Shown piece by piece: positions 22,788-35,149 of a DNA stretch of 53,105 bases; positions within the stretch are counted from its first letter, which is position 1, and every line of letters begins with the position of its first letter. The position numbers were made by a program, and so were the translations under genes. Where the stretch lies: contig JBEWZL010000292.1 in the NCBI GenBank assembly GCA_045837725.1, forward strand, positions 124,001 through 177,105, written 5' to 3'. The notes beneath the pieces are model-generated. The model had not been told where the DNA came from. It saw only the letters and a program-made list of their open reading frames with translations, and did not search any database. This DNA is from Vermamoeba vermiformis. Taxonomy: Eukaryota.

Positions 22788-24626
22788 ATGGAGAAAGAAA
22801 CAACTGATATCGATCAATTAAAGCTCGAAAACGAGCGTCTAAGGGCCGAGGTTGCAGCACTGAAGGAACAATTGAAGAGAAGCCAATCTGGGCTGGATCC
22901 GAGAAAGGTCGAAGAAAGCGTCTATAAATGCCCTCCTTTTCCTACATTAGAACCACTGCACGAGCGAAATTTAACCAATGAGGAAATTGCACGATACGGA
23001 CGTCAGCTAATCTTGAACGAGATCGGGATCGAAGGTAGAAAAATTACTGAGTTTCGAATAATATTATTTTCATTATGATTAAATCAAAGGTAATTTACTA
23101 ACAATATTTTTATGTTTTATAAAGGCCAGAAAAAATTAGCAAAGACATCTATGTTGTTGGTCGGCGGTGGAGGTCTTTGCTCGTCAGCTGCGTTATATTT
23201 GGCAGGCGCAGGCGTTGGTAAATACAATGGCAACATTTTTAATGCTCTAACTTGTCCTTAAATAATGCACCATAGGTCGGATCGGAATAGTTGATTACGA
23301 CACTGTAGAGACGAATAATTTGCACCGTCAAATCATTCACAACGAAGAAAGCGTTGGAAATAATATGTCTAAGGCCGCTTCGGCATTATTAGCAGTCAAG
23401 AGGTTCGTAGAAGCTTCCATCCGATCCCAGATCACGCTTCTAACGCACCATTTCTAGATTTAACTCTATGGTAGATTGCGTTGCGTACAATACTCTTTTT
23501 AACAGCCAGAATGCTCATGAGATTATCAAACCATATCCTTAAAAACTAATTAATGTGTCGATCTACATCCCGATCCTCGTTACAAATCCTTAACTACAGC
23601 ACACATATGATATCGTATTGGACTGTTCAGACAATGCTGTCACGCGCTACTTAATCAACGACGCGTGCGTGCTCAACAACAAAGTGCTCGTGTCAGGCAG
23701 TGCTGTGCGCATGGAAGGACAAGTGACCGTGTACCACTACAACAACGGACCGTGCTACCGCTGCTTATTCCCACAGCCCCCGCCACCTACCACTGTTATC
23801 AACTGCTCTGACGGCGGTGTGTTGGGCGTGGTCCCTGGAATCATTGGCTGTATCCAAGCTCTCGAGGCAGTTAAAATAGCCATTGGTGCTGAATGTACGT
23901 AACATTTATATCGACACTATTGCCTTTATTTTATAACACTATCATATGTAGCGGTGTTATCAGCCAAGCTACTGTTGTTCGATGCGATGGGACCGACATT
24001 CCGCACTGTCAAGTTGCGCGGTCAAAACCCAAAGTGTGCGGTGTGTGGCACTGAGCCAACAATCAAAGAGCTCATTGATTATGAAGTGTTCTGCTCAGCC
24101 ACTGCAACGGACAAAGTTGTGATGAAGAAAATCCTCGAGGATCAGTTGTGCATCTCAGTACAGGTGCGTAATTGACACGTGTCATTTCACTTTGATGAAC
24201 TAATCACTTGACTAGGACTACAAGAAAATCAAAGACAGCGGCGATAAGCACTTGTTACTAGATGTCAGGGAGCCCGTGCAGTTCAAGATCTGTGCCTTAG
24301 ACGGGTCGTTAAGTACGAGCTATCCTTCATATTAATATTCTTATTAATCCAAACGCAGACATCCCTTTGAATAAAATAAACGAGCGCATGGAGGAGATAA
24401 AGAAATTGATTGATGAAAATACGCCAGGTAAACTTACAGATTCACTCAATTCAAAGTTTCATAACTAATCCTCGTTGCAGTTTACACCGTGTGCCGACGA
24501 GGCATTGACTCACAAGAGGCTGTTAAAGTGTTGAAGAACAATGGCATTACGAACACAGTGAAGAATATCGACGGCGGATTGTTAGCGTGGAGCGATGTCA
24601 TTGACAAGAACTTCCCGGTCTATTAA
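22788..24626 (+). CDS. MOCS3: Adenylyltransferase and sulfurtransferase UBA4/MOCS3 (ThiF + rhodanese), multi-exon
   Basis: [60 protein letters not shown], rhodanese CRRGIDSQ and IDKNFPVY*. Confidence 0.95.
23533..23604 (+). other. U12-type AT-AC intron in MOCS3/UBA4
   Basis: Donor ATATCCTT, branch site TCCTTAAC, terminal AC; removal restores the conserved [15 protein letters not shown]. Confidence 0.92.
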
Positions 24627-24670
24627 ACAATAGCTTGTTCTCAATGAGCACATCTTTATACGTAAGTCAA

Positions 24671-27111
24671 CTACACAATGTCTTTCATTTTGGCACCGCC
24701 ATCGGCTTTGAACTGAGCTGCAGGGTGATCACGCAACTCGGGTGGCACAGTGTTGTTTGACTTGACCAGTGCCTGTTTGAGATCGTACAAGATGTGTGAG
24801 TCTTCGTTGGTCACTAGCGAGGTCGCCAAGCCCTTTTGCCCTGCACGGCCCGTGCGGCCAATGCGGTGAGTGTAATCAGTGATCTTTTGCGGCATTTCAT
24901 AGTTGATCACGTGCTGTACATTGGGCACGTCTAAGCCTCTGCGTGCCACGTCAGTTGCGACTAAGATCTGAAACTGGCCTTCTTTGAAGCTGTCCAATGA
25001 GTACAACCGACTGTCCAAGTTCTTGTTCGAGTGCAAGCTGGTAGCTTTGTGCTGCAGCGACAAGAGGTTAGTATTAAGCATTTGAACGAAGGTCTATTTG
25101 TACGTACTCCTGCGCCTGTGAGAAATTTCATGATTGACTCGCACGTTGCTTTTTGATTCACGAACACAATCACTGGTGGTTGCGTCTCTGTCACTAACTC
25201 TTCCAGCTTCCTGCGCTTCTCGGCATCATTCTTGCAGAACATGACCCGTTGAGTGATGCGATCTACGACCACACCAATCTCTCCGATATGCACATACGCA
25301 GGCTTTCTCAGGTAACTACATATCAAAGTTAATTATTAAGGGCTATAACGACTTAATGCTATTCTTGTACCTGCGTGCTAATCGTTCAATCGAAGGCGGC
25401 ATCGTAGCGGAGAACATGACAGTAATCAGCTCGTAATCTGAATGGACTTCAGGTTCAAGGGGAGTTCCATCTTCGCGCTTCTTTCTGTTTCTGTTTGCAG
25501 GAATAGCATCCAAGACACTTAAAATCTGTGGCTCAAAGTTCATGTCAATCATCACGTCTGCTTCGTCCAGCACGACAAAGTGACACGACGTCAGAATGAG
25601 CATTTGTTTTTCAATGCACTCGTTAATTCTGCCAGGCGTGCCTACAACTATTTCAACTCCTTTTGACAAGTGGAAGGCTTGCGTGTCGATCGGATCCTGA
25701 TACAAAAAGTTAGACACTTTGACACCTGTCAAAAGGAGACTTACACCACCAATTAAGCACGCTGTTCTGATTGTAGTCGGGGCGTATTTGGCGAAGTCAA
25801 TGATCTTGTCTTCAATTTGCACCGCTAATTCTCTCGTAGGTGCCATGATCACTGCGTAGGGCCCGTCATCGCCGGTAGTTGGTGGCAACTTACTAAATAA
25901 GGAAAGTGTAAGAACGTGTGGGCTATAGTGCAATTAATACGGCCGTACCTGACGTGCACTAAGATTGGCAATGAAAAAGCAGCTGTTTTGCCGCTGCCTG
26001 TTTCAGCGGTGCCCATTAAATCACGTTTTTGCAGACCTGCTGGGATGGCTTGCATTTGAATAGGAGACGGCGACTTGAACTTCAGGTCGGCAATGCCTAA
26101 TAAGGAAATTAATAACTGTCGGAGATTTGGGTCTGAAAAGTGAGTACCTTTCAACAACCAGCTGGGCAAGCCAGATTCTTCCCAGTTTCGAATTGGATTT
26201 GGAATATTGCCTCCCTTAGTCGTGATATTATGATCCTCGCGAAATATCCGCCAATCTCTCGTCGTCATTTCTTTCAAACTTTTTTCTTTCCAATGTTTTT
26301 CGTCGTCCTTTGCAGCACCTTTTTCAACCTTTTCCAACCTTTTTTGTGCCTTTTCTAATTGTAGCAATTGTAATCGATGCAATTCTTCTCTGCGGGACTC
26401 AGCCGGATCTGGTGAACTGTCACGTGATTTTTTTGGCTCCTCTTTGTGTCTATCATCTCTTGATCTATCATGATCACGATCTCGATGGCTTCTATCATCC
26501 CTTCGATCTCTATCATCTCTTCTAGAATCTCGTCGATCAGAATTATCGCGGTGTCGAGATCTATCGCGTTCGTCGTCTCTCGATCTGCGATCTTCATCTC
26601 GTCTTCGATCGTCACGACGATCAGGCTTATCTTTGTCTCTATTATAGTCTTTGCGATCTTTGTCGTAGTCTTTTTTATCATCGCGAGAAGTGCGTTCGGA
26701 GGTGGAACGGTCGCTGGTTTTTTGACTTAAAACGTAGTTAGTAAATTAATAATAATATGATCTTTATTAAATATGTACCTTATAGTCGTATTAGGGGATT
26801 TAGAACCGATTACTATTTTCTTCTTTGCTCCGCTGACCTCTGAAAAAAACAGATCAATAATTAATTATGAAAAAAATTGCTTAAATTGCGTAACGAGCTG
26901 TACCTGCTAGTGCCTTTTGAAAGAAGTCATTTTGTAGCTTCTTTTGTTGAGAAATCTTATTATCTGAATCGGACGAGAATAATTTTTGCTTTTTCGGATC
27001 TCTTGTGTCTTCAAGATCTAACGAAATAATGGTCATTAATATCGCCAATATTACCATAAATTGTATTTTATTGTATCTACCTTCTCCAGGACGTTTCTTG
27101 TCAGCACTCAT
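24671..27111 (-). CDS. DDX23: Pre-mRNA splicing DEAD-box helicase PRP28/DDX23-like, with an RD/RS-rich N-terminus
   Basis: [35 protein letters not shown] (Prp28 signature), [31 protein letters not shown]. Confidence 0.9.
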
Positions 27112-27305
27112 GGTTCAATTCGGTTTCAACTTCAACGGTCTTGGCAGGGATCTTATGCTCCCTGAGTTGCTGATCACTTAAAGATTATAATTTGAAAAAA
27201 GGTTGGTCGCTGCGACGGCCAGTTTGACGGTCTGAAGGCACGTGATCATAAAAGAAATTCCGTGGTCTTTCATTTTGTACGAGGTTTTTTATTTTCGCTG
27301 TTACT

Positions 27306-30300
27306 TCAACTAAAAAAGAACTCAGTCCTGAATTTAAGTAGCCTATTCGCGTTCACTCGCTCGAGCATTAGCGTCAATTGTGCTTGATCGTAAGAACCAA
27401 ACGATTCCAATTTTGGAAATCTCGTAGTCAAGATGTGCTCAGCAGCTGAAAAGACGATCGTTATTCAATAGTCGTAGTAATATATATGGCGTCAAGAACG
27501 TACCATTAGTCATAAAAAAATGAGTACTTGTACGTAAATAAGTCAAGTTAGGACAACATTCGCTCAAGTAGAACAGCGGCAAGTCCGAATGAAAATCTTT
27601 CGTGGAACTCATTCCCTCGATCATTCTCAGCGAGGTGGAGACCACGGGATTACTATTAATAACAGAATGTGAATTAGGCATCGATCAATTCTTATTCATG
27701 AAAATCTTACTTGAAACTTTTTTCAGTGAATAGAGCTCTATAGATGAGGAGTTTGGTGAGATTGGTACAGCACTCTAATAGCCTGCCCATATTGAACACA
27801 TGAGCCACTTCAGGTTCGTCATCAACAAAGCCCCATCCAAGTTCCTCAGGCACATAGCACTCAAATATCAGCTCGCGTAACTTGCGGCATTTGTCGGTAA
27901 TGTTGTGCAGTTTATCAGCAGTGATCTGATTCAATGAGTATCATGACAATGTACTTTCTAATATAACAACGGTACTTACACCGTTTAGATTTAGGCTCGT
28001 CAAATTCGTGCACGCTGATAACGGAGAGTAGTCTATTTCGTGATTGTACGAGAGCACTAACGTCCATTAGCTTAATATTAATCTGATCCAGTGCCACTAC
28101 TTACTGAGGGATTGTAGTTGAGTGCCATATAAGGCAATAGTTCTGATGAGTTCATCGCTCGTGGGTCTCACGCTCAGTTTGAGATTAGTAATATTTCTGC
28201 ACGATCTAATCATGTCATACAAGCACGGGTGACCTAAAGAATTGAAGTGTCAAAAGTGTCAAAAGTGTCAAACTGTTCAATTGGCTTGTCATCAACATAC
28301 CGAGTTCAAGGTCAGCGTTGATGAGATGAAACTGTCGTAATTGCGTCATTCTCGCGAAGGGATATTCTTGGCCAAGAATCATGTGCAAGCCTTCCAAAGA
28401 TTCGATTTTGAGCGCCGTTAACTTGGTACAGTAATCAGCGAGATAATGTAACATGTCGCGGTCAAAGTTGTTCAATTCTTGGCCTCTCAGATTTAGTTTT
28501 TTCAACTGACCGAATCTTCTGAATAACTGATCGTACTCATTATTCGATAATCTTCCGAGCTGGAAAAATCCGTCCAGCTGTAGTTTTGTAATTTTCGGAC
28601 AAATTTCAAGTGCTCCAATGACAATATGTCGGTATAGCTGGGGCGTTGCGACAGTAGGCCCAACATCGGTATCATGTTCGGATCCGATATATAATTTGAG
28701 GTGCTTAACATTGGGCCAGTGTTTAAACAGTCCAAAGTAGAACTCCATGTACTGTTCGGGCGTAATTTTTGGCTCGTTGAACTTGAGCGTCATTTCCAAG
28801 TGTTCTAATTTATGCGCGGCTGCAGGCATGTTCGTGTTAAAATCGACCAGCCAATCAGCTACTTTTGGTCCAGTTGGAGTCTTTTTGACTTTCCACGGCT
28901 TTTTCGGATTGACCACTAGCTGTTGTTCGATATCAAGTTCACCGTTCATAACGGCACTGATCTTGGATGGTTTGTACGGCCAAATCGAGTTCATTTTGAG
29001 AACTTTCAAGTTCGGACAGTTCTCGAACAAGTGATTCAAGAACGAGATTGGCAATCGATTTGTAGTTTCATTTCGCAAGTCCAACGACTCCAATTGTCTG
29101 CATTCACGCGGAATAGCAAATAAAGATGAGTATAGATCTGCACAGTGACTATTGGTCCTCACGTAGATGATTTCTTTTGCTTTTGGTAAATGGCGCATCA
29201 CGTCTTCAAACACATTAGATGTCCCATTAGCCACTCGTTGTCTGTTTTTTGTTGAAGGCCATAGGACGAGACGTCGCCAACATACTCCGTGTTTGTCTAC
29301 GAGCAATTTCATGCTCTTGCAAGTCGCGGAGAGTTGTCGCAAGTCAATGACTTCCAACCGATTGAACACTTCGAAAAAAAGATCTGCAAATATAGGTACT
29401 GGCAAGTGTTCCGCCAGTCCCTTCAATTCTTTCTGTTTCTGTTCGAGAGCTTCTGGTGTCGTCTTTAACTCATTTTGTTTTCGAATCTGTTTCAAGTGAC
29501 CTTTTGATTTGAGGTGCGCTTGCAAACTGACTTCGGACGTGAATTTTTTGTTGCACAGGTGACACTTGACTGCTTTCCTCTTCGGTGGCGTGTTTTTCGA
29601 GGGCGATGAACTGAGCGTGATGTCTTCAGTGTCAGGCAACAACAATTCTTCTGGCTCTTCGTCAATAATCTTAACCTCGTCATGCACCTCTTGTACGAGT
29701 TGTGCTGCAACACAGAAGTTAATGCAAATAGCTACGTACGATCTATTACCCTTGGCTTGCTGTCTTTGTTTCAAATTGCCGTACATGTACGCTAGTTGTT
29801 CCGCGGTCAACAAGTCGGTTGCAGCACCAAGATTCAGTAGCAATAACACAATCTTGTCGCGCACAAATTTATCTTTCGAAACGAATTCTTCTCGCAGTTG
29901 GCAGTCCCTAATCACTTGTTTAATGTCGGTTACTTAAATCTATTACTAAGTACGACACTTACCTCGAAAGCACGAGTTGAAGCGGAGTTAACTTTTTGAC
30001 GCCCTGTTCACTGAACGAGAAGTGAGTTGAATTCCAATTAGACGCTTATAATCTTACGCGTTAACCTTAGCACCGGCCTCTAATAACTCTTTGACAGCAT
30101 CGGAATGCAAGAAATTGACTGCCAGGCCCAGTGCAGTCATCTCACTGTGGACTTCTCGTTCCTCGATGACGGATTTGTACGTGTTCATCCCAGACTCTGC
30201 AACAAGGACCTTGACGACCTTATCAAATCCAAATCGTGCTGCTATATGCAGCGCATTACCAAGGTCACATTGATGCGCCAAAGTTGACTTCTGAAATTTC

Positions 30301-31064
30301 GTTAAACTTAGCTTGCAGCAATAATCGAATACTTCATACTTTAAGCTTATAACTTAGCAGTAGTTTGCACATATCATAATGGTTATATAGTGCGGCAATT
30401 TCAATTGGCATGCGAGAACACGGAGCTGTTTCCTTATCGAGTTCGGCAGGGTTCTCTCGCAGTACAAATTCAGCCACCTGCTCTATTGTCAGATTATACG
30501 GTACGAAAGTCTTGGTAATTAAAGGACATACATGAATATGCCCAAACATGCAGGCCAATGACAATTTTTCGTAACTTTGAGGGAGGAATGGAACTAGGTG
30601 GGCTAGGAATTGATTTTTAACTTTAAAAACGCCGTCGTTCCGGAGAACCTTTTCCTTAAAGCTTGTATTATGAAGAATTGCGAGATATCCAGGTGAGCTG
30701 ATGAGGAATGGTAAATCAAATTCAGAATCCGACTAAGACTTACAAGCCGTGGTTATTTTCAGCAGTGAATCCATTGCTGTATGGAAATAAACACCAAATA
30801 GCATCATATAGTCGCACATGGTCAAAGATTATGGCCGCTTCAAGCGCAGATAACTTTCCGTAAAGTGGATGCGGAATCACCATCGCGTCTAAACTCCCCC
30901 AATTATTAGATTAATTTTTAAAATGCAATTCCGTTCTTACGGTTCCTTTTTCTTCCTTTATGAGCTAAAATCAATTCAGATGCGCCAGTCCAGTCATGTC
31001 CGAGCAAATACTCTTCCAATTTTTTCGCAAATGCTATTTGTTCTGGAGTTTCTTCGTATTCCAT
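27306..31064 (-). CDS. Ankyrin repeat + C2H2 zinc finger + F-box + LRR protein, multi-exon
   Basis: Ankyrin: NALHIAARFGFDKVVKVLV, TALGLAV. ZnF: CHLCNKKFTSEVSLQAHLKSKGH. F-box: LPVPIFADLFFEVF..L...DL..LSATCK. LRR: CPNLKVL, CTKLTAL. The start at 31064 was found by splicing upstream exons in frame. Confidence 0.8.
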
Positions 31065-31322
31065 ATTTTATTATTATTATTATTCTCTAATATCAAAGAC
31101 CGCAAGTTCTTAAATAATATTTTTAGTGTCGAATTAAGAGATTAGAGATTAGAAGATTAAGGTCGTTGAGAGTTAACCCTCGAGCATTGTTAATAGTGCG
31201 ATACGATTTTAAAAATGGGTTGGGGCAAGCTTCCATGCATTTTTAACCACGTGCTTGGGATTTCGTCAGAAGTAAGCAACTCCAATTTTATTACAATAGA
31301 AGCACGTCAATGGTCTATCATT

Positions 31323-32775
31323 CTATTTATCAACGTCAATAGCGACCTTAATAGCACCACCAGCACCAGACTCAGCCAATTCAAAGGCGTCCTTCGACTT
31401 GGACAAGGGGAATCTGTGCGTGATCAAAGGCTTGACATTAACAGCACCTGCATTGCTTCGTTAATAAAGGTATCGTATGCGGCACCTAGAGTGCATTCGT
31501 ACCTGAGGCAACGAGGGCAAGGGCCTTGGGGTAGCAGTCGTGATATCTGAACGAGCCGATGATGTCAATCTCGTTGTCAGCAGCCTCAAACAAAGGAATG
31601 CTCAAGTTGTTCTTGGCACCACGACCAATTGACACGAGCTTTCCACCGCGGTCAGTGCCGCGAATAGCCAAAGCAATGGCGGGCTCAGCACCAGAGCTTC
31701 AAAGGACGTGTCAATCTCACTGCTGGTACTAATATTTAAAGCTTGTATAATGCGTACCACTCCATAGAGACGTTCAAAGGGGCGTGTTTGCGGACATTTT
31801 GAACGACATTGGGGTCATCAGCGCGGTACACTGCAGTGGCACCGAGCTTCTTGGCCAATTCCAAACGGTCTTCTTTGACATCTGTCACAACAATAGTAGT
31901 GGCACCGCAGGCACGTGCGACCAACAAGCAAACCAAGCCGATGGGGCCTATGCATGGGTTAAATATGAAACGAATTACAGCATTACTAAGCGTGCGACTG
32001 ACGTACCAGCACCAGTGATCAAAACGCCAGTACCGGGACCAACGTGTGAGCGAGTGCAGGCGTGAACGGCGACGGATAAAGGCTCCAACAAAGCACCTTC
32101 GTCCAGGGAGACGTTGTCGGGCAATTTCTTAAAAGGGAAAATAATTATTACTTTGCAACTACAAGATCTGACTTACGTAGCAGAAGTCAGCGGCGTGTTC
32201 CATATAACGAGTCAATGAGCCGTTGACGGGAGGAGTGGCCAAGAATTGAACATCAGGGCACAAGTTGTATCTGCGTATCACAATTAGAAAAACTAGTTCA
32301 CATTGGGATTATGAGTGCATTTAGCTTTCACGTACTTTCCACTACGGCAAAAATTGCAATATCGGCAAGGAACACCAGGTTCAATAGCGACGCGATCGCC
32401 GACTAAAAATAGCGAGCATTAATTTCGATCGAGTTTTGAAATATTTTTAAAATTCAATCAGACCTTTAAGATGAGTAACGCCTTCACCAACCTCTTCAAC
32501 TACACCGGAGCTCTCGTGGCCCAAAACGAGGGGACCTTTAACTTCGAAGGGACCGCATTTTCCGTGGGCGAAGTAGTGAACATCCGAACCACAAATTCCA
32601 ACAGTAGCCATGCGAATTACAACATTGCGAGGACCAGGCTTGGGATAAGGTACAGTCTCGAGCTCAAAGTTACGTAAGTCTGTACAGCAGAAAATAAATC
32701 AAATTTGCTAGATCTACAGATCAAGTTATTAATCTTACTCTTGAGAACAACTGCGACGTTTTCTTTATTTGCCAT
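31323..32775 (-). CDS. SORD: Sorbitol/xylitol dehydrogenase (zinc-dependent MDR), multi-exon
   Basis: [62 protein letters not shown]. Confidence 0.93.
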
Positions 32776-32932
32776 TGCTATGTGGTGTAAAGATTTCACT
32801 AAAAAAAGATCTGATTCGCACGAAGAGGTGGTTTTGCCCAGCAAAAAGATTTTTGACGGTCAAAATTTTGGTCGTTTCTGAGAAGTTTTCGCGCCTTATT
32901 TTCAATCAGCTATTTTACGATACAAAACCACA

Positions 32933-34100
32933 ATGAATACGCAAGCTACCGGTCCTCAAGGCACCGACAATACTGGCAAGGAACATGTTGAGTTCATTTT
33001 TCTGGCTAAAATCGATAACGCCCGAGTCATCAGCTCAATTCTACAAACTTTAAATACTAAGAAAGACCAAGTAAGAATTATTAAAAATATTCTAGTGAAT
33101 TTTAATAATTATTTTCGTAATTTAGCTTGCCACCGTAACGATTTCAAAACTTGGAATTAAATTTACCATCGAGATCGCGCAATCGTTGCAAGGATCAGCT
33201 CTTCTGCAGCAAGAATTATTCCAAGAATATAATTTTACCGAAGTTGAAGCACAAAAAGAACAGTTCCAAGTCAATCTGTCAAGTAAGTTGCTAAAAATTA
33301 ATAAAAAAAATTCCTAAAAATATTCTAACGATTAATTATAGTCCTCCTCGATTGCTTAAACATTTACGGAATCAGCACAACGTTTCCAGCTCTTCAGATC
33401 GCGTACAAAGGCTACGGCCATCCTTTACTTTTGATGTATGTCGCTCAAGCGTGATTGGCCTGCCTTATTTATCAAACACTAATATGAACTATACTTTAGG
33501 CTTGAAGAGAACGATGTGCTCACCGATTGTGGTATTAGAACGTTGGATGCCGAGCCGTTGATGAACTTCAACTTGCGCGGGGCTCCTATTATTAGTAAAG
33601 TTATTATGAACGTAAGTCGCGTACAAAATTGATAGGGGACTACAATTATAACAATAATTATTCAGGCCGAGAGTTTGAAAGACGCCTTTGGTGAATTGGA
33701 CTGGAACAACACATCCGTCAATTGGTCCATCTCGCCGAACATCCCTTATTTCCGCTTGACGACTGATGGTGTCGGTGGCAGCTGTCAAGTAGACTACCCG
33801 AAGGACTCTGAAGTGTTTGAAGTGTACGAGTGCCAGCAAGCCCAAGAGTTCGTGTACAAGATGAAGATCTTGCAGCCGTGCATTAAAGCCTTGGCCAACG
33901 CGAAGAAAACTCTCATTCGCATTAATCAGGTACGCGATACACCTACTACTAGAATTGTACTGGTGGATTTGTGTGAGCTAATGTTGCTTAAACAGGACGG
34001 TTTGTTGGCGTTCCAACACATGATCCAAGCCGAGGACGGAGCAACGAGCTTTGTTGATTTCTATGTCGTGCCACTCGAAGGCGACGACGAAGAGAATTGA
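32933..34100 (+). CDS. RAD1: Cell-cycle checkpoint clamp subunit RAD1 (9-1-1 complex), multi-exon
   Basis: FLAKIDNAR..SSILQTL, QGSALLQQELFQEY, LLDCLNIYG, YKGYGHPLLLMLEE, LKDAFGELD, QHMI....SFVDFY. Confidence 0.88.
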
Positions 34101-34366
34101 GACACAATACTAGCGGTATAATACGAGAAAGGTGCCTTGCCTTGCTAATTAATAGTTAAATATTATATTATTGTAAATATCTAATTTTATGCTGATTAAA
34201 TGTAAATAAAGCAAAGGATCGATGCGCCTCCTTACCTCCTAATTTTCGGGAACTCATTTCCGGGAAATTCCTGATCCACGTGCGTCATCAGACACAACGA
34301 TAAAAATCTGACGGCCAACAACAACATTTACACGTAAATCAAAACAACCAACCCCAACATTAAACA

Positions 34367-35012
34367 ATGCAAGATTGCGAAACACAAACCAAAACTTGGG
34401 TTTCATACGGCCTTTGGGGCGTCAAGCCGACTGAAATGTTTGTCACGTATTGTCTCAGCAACGTTCTACCGCCAATTGTATCTCCAAAATTAGTCGACCT
34501 CGATTCAATTGGTTCTGTCACAGCTTGTTACTTGGGTGGAGGAGATGTGATCACTGAAAACGATAAAACTTACACCCCTTTCTATCATGACCAACAAGAC
34601 TGCGTTATATGGTATCAAGGATCAGATAAGAAGATTTATTTCCGTAAGTAACACGAAGGCCTGGTTTTCCGATCTGAGAAAAAATATCTGCAGCCAATTC
34701 TTTCTGCTTCCAAGTCAAACGGCCATATTATTAAAATTAAATAATAATTGCAGTAATTTTCTGACGTAATTATACGCTGTAGCGTCATGGAGTGATGGAA
34801 AAATGACACTCACCGCGGATTCGATGGAAGAGTTCACGTCGCGCATTGCCATCGAAACCTCACTATGGCACAAACTGAATGCCGTTCGTGAAGCAGAAAA
34901 GGGAGATTACTTTGCTACCACGATCCAAAAAGATCCGATCTTGAAACATTGGAACAAGTTCACACCAGAAGAGCAAAATTACATCACTTATTTCTTTGAG
35001 AATACTAAATAA
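34367..35012 (+). CDS. Hypothetical protein (2 exons)
   Basis: ATG in an ACAATG context; intron 34644-34782 (gtaagt...tag) joins the two ORFs in frame (IYFP|SWSDGKMTL). Confidence 0.65.
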
Positions 35013-35149
35013 ATATACATATATTTATTTTAGGTTTGAACCAATCAGCTTTATTTATGGATCGGCTATTTGTTTCAATCGTTCATTGTTTTTCTAAACC
35101 AATCAGGCATGTGAATACAAGCAAGTACGTCAACTATTTATTTTCAGCC

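Noticed and set aside
26310-26730. Ile-rich ORFs on both strands
   Set aside because: Off-frame and antisense readings of the GATCGA-rich RD/RS domain of PRP28.
28244-28273. AAGTGTCAA triple repeat
   Set aside because: A short intronic slippage repeat with no further structure.
30772-30774. ATG at 30774 as the start of the ankyrin gene
   Set aside because: It is out of phase with the next exon; upstream exons from ATG 31064 splice in frame.
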